DNA of 32,000 nucleotides, taken from the NCBI RefSeq assembly GCF_000172995.2, contig NC_014729.1:1170001-1202000 (forward strand), in the 5' to 3' direction. Position 1 is the stretch's first letter. Each line of letters begins with the position of its first letter. Under the pieces are notes generated by a model. That model saw nothing but the letters and a program-made list of their open reading frames with translations, was not told the DNA's origin and ran no database searches. This DNA comes from Halogeometricum borinquense DSM 11551 (GTDB lineage: Archaea; Halobacteriota; Halobacteria; Halobacteriales; Haloferacaceae). A program made the position numbers and the translations under genes. This document shows positions 18,147 to 25,616 of this stretch, piece by piece.

Positions 18147-18234
18147 CACCGGCAACGTTCGACGATAGCGTTCTCCGTGCAAAGACGGCGTGACACCGGC
18201 ATTACTTTGATAGCGCGGGCTATTACGTAGTGGT

Positions 18235-19593
18235 ATGTCTGGCGACGGAGATTCGGTTCGTGTGGGTGTGTTGTCGCTACACAACAGCAAGGAGACGAAG
18301 GCTATCTTGAACGCGGTAGACGACTTGGGTCACGAGGGCGTCTGGCTCCGCCGAGAGAACACGGCAATAAGTATCGAAAACGGAGAAGTGTCGGTCGAAC
18401 CAGAAGTAGACATCATTGCGAATCGGTTACTGCTATCGAACACTGAGGAACCGGCCGAACTGTTGGGATTGGCGAGTACGTTCCAACGCATTCGACCGAT
18501 GTTGAACGAACCGTCGGCGGTGCTGGCGGCGATTCACAAGTTCGCTACTGCGGCGACGCTTGCGAACTGGAACATTCGGGTTCCCGACGCACTCCTCGCA
18601 CTCTCGAACGACCGACTGAATAAGGACCGCGACCGTTTCGGGGACGTCGGGGTCTACAAGTCGGCTATCGGGACTCACGGCGGTGGAACGTGGAAGGTTG
18701 ATCTCACGGAGGCCGTCAATCCAAAGGTCGGTAACCGACAGGCGTTCCTACAGGATCTCATCGAACGAGACGACACCCGACACCGCGACCTGCGCGTCTA
18801 CATCGTCGATGGCGAGATTATCGGGGCAATGTACCGCTACGCGCCGGACGGCGACTGGCGGACGAACGTCGCACTCGGGGGCGACGTGATGAACGCGACG
18901 GACGAGATGCCCGAAGAGGCCCGCGAGACGGCGCTGTACGCGGCGGAAGTGATGGAACTCGACTACGTCGGCGTGGACCTCGTAGAGGGCGAGGACGGCT
19001 GGTTCGTCCTCGAAGTCAATCCGACAGCCGGGTTCAAGGGTCTCTACAAGGCAACAAATCGGTCGCCTGCGCCGTTCATCGCCAAACTTGCTATCGAACA
19101 AGCGGGCGGGACGGTCGAACAATCCCGCGTCGAAGATCTCGCGGCGACGCTTGACGATTCCGAGCCGCGAAGCAAGCCCCGTGTGAATCCAAGTCCCGAC
19201 GGTGAGATACCGCTCATCGGCTACATCGAGGAGGTCGTCGTTTCCGGGACGAGCGGTTCGACGCAGGCCTATGCCAAGTCCGACACCGGAGCGACACGGA
19301 CGAGCATCGACACCTCGCTGGCAGCGGAAATCGGAGCCGGCCCGATCAAGAGCATGACGCGCGTGAAGTCGGGATCGATGAAGTCCGGCAAGGCCCGACC
19401 CGTCGTGGACCTCGTCATCGGTATCGCCGGAACGCAACACACCGTCACCGCAAGTGTCGAAGACCGGTCGCACATGGACTACCCACTTCTTCTCGGGCGC
19501 GACATCCTCCAGCACTACCGCGTGGACGTGCGCCGTCGCGTAGACGAGGGTGGGAAAGAGACGGACAGCGAAGAAGAGTACCTCGAAGAATAG
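18235..19593 (+). CDS. rimK: RimK-type ATP-grasp alpha-L-glutamate ligase fused to a retropepsin-like (putative ATP-dependent zinc protease, PF05618-type) domain
   Basis: The N-terminal ~290 aa form an ATP-grasp (LRVYIVDGEIIGAMYR, GVDLVEGEDGWFVLEVNPTAGF). The C-terminal ~120 aa carry AKSDTGATRTSID, VKSGSMKSGKARPVV and DYPLLLGRDIL..YRVDV, typical of the stand-alone proteins found next to bacterial rimK. Confidence 0.85.
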   Translation: MSGDGDSVRVGVLSLHNSKETKAILNAVDDLGHEGVWLRRENTAISIENGEVSVEPEVDIIANRLLLSNTEEPAELLGLASTFQRIRPMLNEPSAVLAAIHKFATAATLANWNIRVPDALLALSNDRLNKDRDRFGDVGVYKSAIGTHGGGTWKVDLTEAVNPKVGNRQAFLQDLIERDDTRHRDLRVYIVDGEIIGAMYRYAPDGDWRTNVALGGDVMNATDEMPEEARETALYAAEVMELDYVGVDLVEGEDGWFVLEVNPTAGFKGLYKATNRSPAPFIAKLAIEQAGGTVEQSRVEDLAATLDDSEPRSKPRVNPSPDGEIPLIGYIEEVVVSGTSGSTQAYAKSDTGATRTSIDTSLAAEIGAGPIKSMTRVKSGSMKSGKARPVVDLVIGIAGTQHTVTASVEDRSHMDYPLLLGRDILQHYRVDVRRRVDEGGKETDSEEEYLEE

Positions 19594-19643
19594 TACTGCT
19601 GAGACCGACGCGGCTATCCTTTCGGCGGACGCAAAGACAGCTG

Positions 19644-20207
19644 ATGGACCCGATACGAAACGACGAGCAACTGGCTCCACTCGTGGAAGAACACGGCGAA
19701 CTCGCCATCGAACCCGCCGATGACGAGTTCGAGCGCTTCGTCGTCTCGATTATCAACCAACAGCTCTCGACGCAATCTGCGGCGGCTATCAGAGAACGCC
19801 TGTTCGACCGGTTCGAGGTAACGCCGGAAGCGATGCTCAACGCCGACGAAACAGCGCTTCGGGATGTTGGACTCTCCTCACAGAAGATTTCGTACATCCA
19901 AAATGTAGCGACGGCGTTTCAAACGGACGACCTGACCCGTGCGGGAATGGCAGATCTAACCGACGAGGACGTTCTGATGCGACTGACAGAGATTCGCGGC
20001 GTCGGCGACTGGACCGCAAAGATGTATCTCATGTTCGTCCTCGGACGCGAGGACGTGTTCCCCGTCGAAGACCTCGGTATTCGGAAGGCGATGGCGGAAC
20101 TGTACCGGATGGACGAGAACGACCGGGCTGTGATGGTCAAACGCGCCGAGGCGTGGCGGCCGTACCGAAGCGTCGCGTCCCGGTACCTCTGGCGTGTCGT
20201 GGACTGA
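19644..20207 (+). CDS. DNA-3-methyladenine glycosylase II family (AlkA-like, HhH-GPD)
   Basis: Helix-hairpin-helix block LTEIRGVGDWTAKMYLMF followed by the catalytic-Asp region FPVEDLGIRKA. Confidence 0.8.
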   Translation: MDPIRNDEQLAPLVEEHGELAIEPADDEFERFVVSIINQQLSTQSAAAIRERLFDRFEVTPEAMLNADETALRDVGLSSQKISYIQNVATAFQTDDLTRAGMADLTDEDVLMRLTEIRGVGDWTAKMYLMFVLGREDVFPVEDLGIRKAMAELYRMDENDRAVMVKRAEAWRPYRSVASRYLWRVVD

Positions 20208-20295
20208 TCACGGCCAGAACACTCATACTCGAACGCCGAGAGTCGATACCGTGACGCATCTCCGTCACATTCCCCCTCGCTGCGACGCTCAACAA

Positions 20296-20332
20296 AAACT
20301 ATGAATAAACGGGCTAAGAGTTTTCATAGTTT
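20296..20332. promoter_or_regulatory. perfect 10-bp inverted repeat (candidate operator)
   Basis: AAACTATGAA (20296-20305) and TTCATAGTTT (20323-20332) are separated by 17 nt and lie 43-79 nt upstream of ATG 20375. Confidence 0.4.
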
Positions 20333-20374
20333 CTGAGGGAAACGTTGAAACGCCTCGCATCCGAGAATCCGGGT

Positions 20375-22354
20375 ATGGAGTTAGACGATATCAACACTAT
20401 CACGGTTCTCGGTGCAGGGAACATGGGTCACGGCATCGCCGAAGTTGCCGCTCTCGCCGGGTACCAAGTTAATCTGCGAGACATCAACGAGGAGTTTGTC
20501 CAGAACGGCTACGACCAGATCGAGTGGTCGCTCGGCAAACTCGCTGAGAAGGATCAGCTTTCCGACGAGGAGGCCAACGCCGCCCTCGAACGCGTGGCGA
20601 CGTACGTTGATCTCGCCGAGTCAGTTTCTGACGCCGACGTGGTCATCGAGGCCGTCCCCGAGAAGATGGACATCAAAAAGGACGTGTACACCGAGTTGGA
20701 GGCGGCCGCCCCCGACCACACCATCTTCGCGACGAACACATCCAGCCTCTCTATCAGCGAACTCGCGGACGTGACGGAGCGACCCGAGCAGTTCTGCGGG
20801 ATGCACTTTTTCAACCCACCCGTTCGGATGCAACTCGTCGAAGTCATCTCGGGTGCAGAGACCGCCGAGGAGACGATGGATGTCATCTCGGATCTTGCAG
20901 AGGCGATGGACAAGACGCCGGTCCGCGTCCACAAGGACAGCCCCGGTTTCATCGTGAACCGTATTCTCGTCCCCCTGATGAACGAAGCGGCGTGGGCCGT
21001 CGAATCCGGCGATACCACCATCGCGGAGGTTGACTCGACGGCGAAGTACGAAATCGGCCTGCCGATGGGGAGCTTCGAACTCGCAGATCAGGTGGGTATC
21101 GACGTGGGCTACCACGTCCTCCAGTATATGCACGAGGTGCTGGGCGATGCCTACGAACCATGTCCGCTCCTCGAAGAGAAAGTCGAGGAAGAGAAACTCG
21201 GCAAGAAGACGGGCAAGGGATTCTACGACTACGAGGATGGCGAGGGTGCGCAGGTTCCGTCCGATCAAACCAGCGAAGACGTTAGCCGTCGTCTGATGGC
21301 CGTGATGGCAAACGAAGTCGCCGGTCTCATCCAAAACGACGTGGCCGACGCCGACGCAATCGACCGCGCGGTGATGCTCGGCGGCGGGTTCCCCGACGGT
21401 CCCGCAAAGATGGCCGACGACGCGGGGCTGGAGACACTCGTGGAGACGCTCGACGAACTGCACGAAAAGACGGGTGCCGAGCGCTACGAGGCGGTTGACC
21501 TCCTCCGCGAACTCGCGGAATCCGGTGACCGCTTCCACGGGAGCGACGGCGGGGACGACGCCGACCCCTACGAGTTCGAGAACATCTCTGTCGAGATTCG
21601 TGATCGCGTGGGACACATCGAACTCGACCGTCCGCACCGGATGAACACCATCAGCTCCGACCTCGTGGACGACCTGTCGGGCGCTATCGACGCACTCGGC
21701 GCAGACGATGACGTGCGCGCGATTCTCCTCACCGGTGCCGGTGATCGTGCGTTCTCCGCCGGTGCGGACGTGCAGAGTATGGCTGGCGGCGCGGGCGACC
21801 CAACCGCCGGAGCGGAACTCTCGCGGAAGGGCCAGCGCACGTTCGGTAAGCTTGAGGAGTGCGACAAGCCCGTCATCGCCGCCATCGACGGTTACTGTCT
21901 CGGCGGCGGAATGGAACTCTCGATGTGTGCGGACCTCCGCATCGCAACGAAGCGTTCGGAGTTCGGCCAGCCCGAACACAATCTCGGTCTGATTCCCGGA
22001 TGGGGCGGTACCGTCCGCCTCCAGCGTATCGTCGGCACCGGCCGCGCGAAGGAGATTATCTTCACCGCCGACCGCTACGAGGCCGAGACGATGGCCGACT
22101 ACGGCTTCATCAACGAACTCGTAGAGAACGACGAGTTCGAAGAACAAGCCTTCGAGTACGCAAAGCAGTTCGCGCAGGGACCGCCCGTTGCCCAGCGGTA
22201 CACCAAGCGCGCCATGCACAACGGCTGGGAAGATACTGACGCCGGTCTCGAAGTCGAAGCGCAGTCATTCGGCCTTCTGTTCACGACAGACGACCTGATG
22301 GAGGGAATGACGGCGTTCATGGGCGACCGCGAACCCGACTTCAAGGGAGAGTAA
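20375..22354 (+). CDS. fused 3-hydroxyacyl-CoA dehydrogenase / enoyl-CoA hydratase
   Basis: N-terminal Rossmann motif ITVLGAGNMGHGIA and an HCDH core. The C-terminal crotonase fold carries FSAGADV and GYCLGGGMEL. The track start at 20345 is TTG, so ATG 20375 is preferred. Confidence 0.9.
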   Translation: MELDDINTITVLGAGNMGHGIAEVAALAGYQVNLRDINEEFVQNGYDQIEWSLGKLAEKDQLSDEEANAALERVATYVDLAESVSDADVVIEAVPEKMDIKKDVYTELEAAAPDHTIFATNTSSLSISELADVTERPEQFCGMHFFNPPVRMQLVEVISGAETAEETMDVISDLAEAMDKTPVRVHKDSPGFIVNRILVPLMNEAAWAVESGDTTIAEVDSTAKYEIGLPMGSFELADQVGIDVGYHVLQYMHEVLGDAYEPCPLLEEKVEEEKLGKKTGKGFYDYEDGEGAQVPSDQTSEDVSRRLMAVMANEVAGLIQNDVADADAIDRAVMLGGGFPDGPAKMADDAGLETLVETLDELHEKTGAERYEAVDLLRELAESGDRFHGSDGGDDADPYEFENISVEIRDRVGHIELDRPHRMNTISSDLVDDLSGAIDALGADDDVRAILLTGAGDRAFSAGADVQSMAGGAGDPTAGAELSRKGQRTFGKLEECDKPVIAAIDGYCLGGGMELSMCADLRIATKRSEFGQPEHNLGLIPGWGGTVRLQRIVGTGRAKEIIFTADRYEAETMADYGFINELVENDEFEEQAFEYAKQFAQGPPVAQRYTKRAMHNGWEDTDAGLEVEAQSFGLLFTTDDLMEGMTAFMGDREPDFKGE

Positions 22355-22389
22355 GAGACTCTCTCCCGAGGCCGGTTCGGAACGGAACG

Positions 22390-22397
22390 TTTAAACA
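22390..22397 (+). promoter_or_regulatory. TATA box candidate for tRNA-Glu
   Basis: TTTAAACA lies 27-34 nt upstream of the mature tRNA 5' end. Confidence 0.4.
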
Positions 22398-22423
22398 AAT
22401 AAGCCTACCACGATAGAATGCAG

Positions 22424-22498
<75 letters not shown>

Positions 22499-22509
22499 CT
22501 CCATTCTAC

Positions 22510-22673
22510 CGCCGTCTTGCGTTTTTGAGCCGTGAATAGAGCAATGATAGCCAATGTTTCAGGCCAAGTCGAAAACCAAGACTCGCTTACCCCGACGCCG
22601 TCTTGCGATTAGCGGTTTTGTCTCGCCCAGTCGATTCAAAGGACTGGCCAAATACGTGCGAACCGCAAGACGG
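22510..22673. repeat. three copies of a CCGTCTTGCG motif between tRNA-Glu and the integrase
   Basis: CGCCGTCTTGCG occurs at 22510-22521 and 22596-22607 as direct copies. An inverted copy CCGCAAGACGG lies at 22663-22673, just upstream of integrase ATG 22685. Confidence 0.5.
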
Positions 22674-22684
22674 AGGCACGTCTG

Positions 22685-23788
22685 ATGGACGAATTAGACG
22701 AACTCCCCGTCGTCACCGACGCATCGAGAGAGTACCTCAACCAGCGTCAACTGCTCGACTACCGGGCCGAGCGAGAAGCGTATCTCGAATGGCTCCTCAC
22801 GTTCGGAAAGAGACCGGACGAGGCGGTCGGGTACGCCCCGGGCACGGTGAAATCGGGTGCGTACCGGACGGACCGGTTCTACCGGTTCGTCTGGGACCAA
22901 GAGGGCGGGTACACGGCGAACGTCACGCACGATCACGCCGACGCGTGGATGAAGCATCTTGCACGCGGGGACACGGGCGCGACGAACAAGCGAAACTGCC
23001 AGAAAGCGGCCAAGCGGCTGTTCAAATGGCGACATCACGAGCACGGTCGCAGTGAATGGGATCCGGATATCACGTTCGCTGCCGACTCCAGTACGAACCC
23101 GCGGGACTACCTAACGCGCGAGGAGCGATCCGCGGTGCGCGAGGCAGCGCTCGAATACGGCTCCGTTCCAAATTACAAGAGCCTCACGCCGACGGAGCGA
23201 GACCGGTGGAAGCAGTATCTCGCCCAGCGATTCGAGAAACCGAAGTCGGAGGTCGGGCCCGACGACTGGGACCGCGCGAACGGGTGGAAGGTTCCGTCGC
23301 TAGTTTGGGCGAGTCTGGACGCGGGGCTTCGCCCTGTCGAAGTGAAGCGCTCGCAAGTCGGGTGGGTTGACACCGATAACGCGGTCCTCCGCATCCCGAA
23401 AGAGGAGAGCTCGAAAAATCGAGACCACTGGGTTGTCGGTCTCCAGTCCCGAACGGCCGAAGCGCTCGGCAACTGGCTCGAAGAGCGCGAGGCGTACCCG
23501 GAATACGACGATACGGAATCGATATGGCTGACTCGGAAGTCGAACCCGTATAACACGAAGACGCTTCGATACCTACTGCATCAACTCTGTGATATCGCCG
23601 ACATCGACACGACTCACCGGCAAATGAGTTGGTATACGATCCGCCACTCCGTCGGAACGTACATGACCCGTGAAGAGGATCTCGCGGCCACTCAGGCACA
23701 GCTCAGGCACAAGAGCGCCGAAACGACCATGAAGTACGATCAGGTACCGGTAGAAGATCGTCAAGATGCGTTAGACCGGATGGGATAG
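22685..23788 (+). CDS. tyrosine recombinase / phage-type integrase
   Basis: Catalytic-region blocks GLRPVEV (Arg I), WYTIRHSVGTY (H-x-x-R region) and TTMKYDQ (Tyr). The N-terminal SAM-like domain is typical of haloarchaeal provirus and plasmid integrases. Confidence 0.9.
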   Translation: MDELDELPVVTDASREYLNQRQLLDYRAEREAYLEWLLTFGKRPDEAVGYAPGTVKSGAYRTDRFYRFVWDQEGGYTANVTHDHADAWMKHLARGDTGATNKRNCQKAAKRLFKWRHHEHGRSEWDPDITFAADSSTNPRDYLTREERSAVREAALEYGSVPNYKSLTPTERDRWKQYLAQRFEKPKSEVGPDDWDRANGWKVPSLVWASLDAGLRPVEVKRSQVGWVDTDNAVLRIPKEESSKNRDHWVVGLQSRTAEALGNWLEEREAYPEYDDTESIWLTRKSNPYNTKTLRYLLHQLCDIADIDTTHRQMSWYTIRHSVGTYMTREEDLAATQAQLRHKSAETTMKYDQVPVEDRQDALDRMG

Positions 23789-23886
23789 ATAGGTACACAC
23801 CTATTTACAGGCTAATTCACTTTCCGACTCCTTTGAACAGATTACGACTATCAGGTCTCCCGCCGTACCGCCTCTGTCGATAATTC

Positions 23887-25005
23887 TCAGAGGATGTTCG
23901 CTGCTGAGCGCCGGAGTTCTTCAGTCGGGTGGACGTATCGAGCAGCTGACGACGTACTGTTTTGTCGTAACACTTCGGCAACGATTTTGAGGTCTTTGTG
24001 CTCCTCGTACGTGTACGTACCGAGGGTGTGTCTGAATGAGTACCAACAGAGCTTTCGGCCTCGTTCGGTGATTCCGGCTTCCTCGATGAGGTTATTGAGG
24101 AGGTAGTTGAGCGTTTGTGAGCTGTACGGGTTGCCTTTCCGTGTGAGCCACATGTGATCAGAGTCGTCGTATTTGCTGATGTTCGCTCGTTGCTCAATCC
24201 ACAACTCAAGCGGTCGAGTGGCTTTTTCCGGTAGAGCCTGGCTCCACTCTGAATTGTTTTTGACCGCGTGCTCTGCAGGGATGATGATCGTCTTTGAATC
24301 GGAATCATACCAGTGGACTTGCATCCGCTTGATGAGCGCTGGCCGCCATCCTGCGGCCTTTACTGTCCCGATGAGCGACGGAATTTTCCAATTCCTGTTG
24401 ACCCGGTCCCAATCTGCCGGTCTGACTTCGTCCTTAGGTTTGCCGAGTTCCTGTGCGAGGTACCCCCGCCAACGGTCCCGTTCGTCCGGGGAGAGGTTAT
24501 TGTATTTCGGGATGGACTTGTAGGTCAGCGATGTTTCCCAGAGCGAATTAACCTCGGCTTTGTTGAACGGGTCTGCTCCGTTCTCAGCCGGCTTGTCGTT
24601 GAAGCTGATTTCAGGTTCCCAGTCTGAACCGTGGAATCGGAACCAGTTGACTAGTGCGTTCGAAATCTTTCGTTTGCTCCCCTCAGAATAGCGCTCGCCA
24701 TCGCGCCGGCGGAACTCGTCAGTGGCGAGCGCTTCAATCACTTGATCCGCTTGTTTCGGTGAGATCTCTGTGGCGGGTTCATCGGTCTCCCAAACCCACC
24801 GAATAGCTTGTAGTACTCGTGAGACTCGCGTTCCGATTGACCGTTCCGCATATCCGATCTCTTTTCGCGGATTCTTTCCCTCTGAACGAAGATATTGCTC
24901 GAACTCCTCAAGGGTCGATTCGAAGATGACCTTTTGTCGCGTGCCCAACTGCGGGAACGACTCCCCTAAGTCATCTGCAGAATAACTACTCATGACTGCC
25001 ACCAT
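23887..25005 (-). CDS. tyrosine recombinase / phage-type integrase (paralogue of 22685..23788)
   Basis: Blocks GWRPALI, WYSFRHTLGTY and AARYVHP. It shares ERDRW..YLAQ...KPK.EV.P.DWDR and WLTRK.NPY blocks with the other integrase. The start is uncertain (ATG 25005 or 24993). The track start at 25170 is a TTG. Confidence 0.85.
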   Translation of the reverse strand: MVAVMSSYSADDLGESFPQLGTRQKVIFESTLEEFEQYLRSEGKNPRKEIGYAERSIGTRVSRVLQAIRWVWETDEPATEISPKQADQVIEALATDEFRRRDGERYSEGSKRKISNALVNWFRFHGSDWEPEISFNDKPAENGADPFNKAEVNSLWETSLTYKSIPKYNNLSPDERDRWRGYLAQELGKPKDEVRPADWDRVNRNWKIPSLIGTVKAAGWRPALIKRMQVHWYDSDSKTIIIPAEHAVKNNSEWSQALPEKATRPLELWIEQRANISKYDDSDHMWLTRKGNPYSSQTLNYLLNNLIEEAGITERGRKLCWYSFRHTLGTYTYEEHKDLKIVAEVLRQNSTSSAARYVHPTEELRRSAANIL

Positions 25006-25432
25006 CCAAGTCGAACTGCGAATCCCGAGGAGCGTTTCAACTGACTTGGAGACCACCTCCTCGGACCTGATTCCCCGAGGTGGTAATCGATTGCCGAGTG
25101 ATGCAACGTGATCATCGATCTGAACAGTTACAGTAACCACCCGTTTTAAAACATTAGTGTTGAGAATCAATCAATACCGACGGAGCTGAGTGAAAGAGGT
25201 TGAATACGGGGGTATGAGCTGCTAAAAGTCAAGATCGAGTCTCAGGGGGGCGTATTGAGAATCCACAGCTTTCGCCCCTGCTACGCAAGGGGCACCCCAT
25301 ATTTTGAGAGCGAACGAAATGAATTCTCCAAAACCCGGTACAAGCTTACGGATAGATGCGAAGCAATTTCCTCACCACAGATTGGGTTCCAGTTGAGTCC
25401 ATAGACAGAGCAATCGAGTACCTTGGATTTGA

Positions 25433-25492
25433 GTACGTCTCTATGTACATACTCACGTACATACCTGGGTACGTGAATGAGTACCTACTTAC
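25433..25492. repeat. five phased 12-nt units each beginning GTAC
   Basis: GTAC occurs at 25433, 25445, 25457, 25469 and 25481. GTACATAC is repeated at 25445 and 25457. An additional GAGTAC lies at 25416. Confidence 0.6.
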
Positions 25493-25616
25493 ACACCACC
25501 GGGAACGGGAACCTCAGGAGAATCTGATCAACGAGAAGATGACAGTGTAGTGCTCCCACACCGACCAAGCACAAGCTGTTGAAGTCACAGTACGGTGTAA
25601 CGCGATTCACCTGCTG

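Noticed and set aside
18748-19680. 310-aa minus-strand ORF
   Set aside because: It lies antisense to the RimK-fusion gene. The composition is that of a shadow ORF.
20621-22219. 532-aa minus-strand ORF
   Set aside because: It lies antisense to the clearly recognisable 3-hydroxyacyl-CoA dehydrogenase/enoyl-CoA hydratase gene. The composition is that of a shadow ORF.
25356-25550. 64-aa ORF with Tyr at every fourth residue
   Set aside because: The periodicity is explained by the 12-nt phased GTAC DNA repeats. The region is AT-rich spacer, and the ORF is kept only as an alternative in the corresponding finding.
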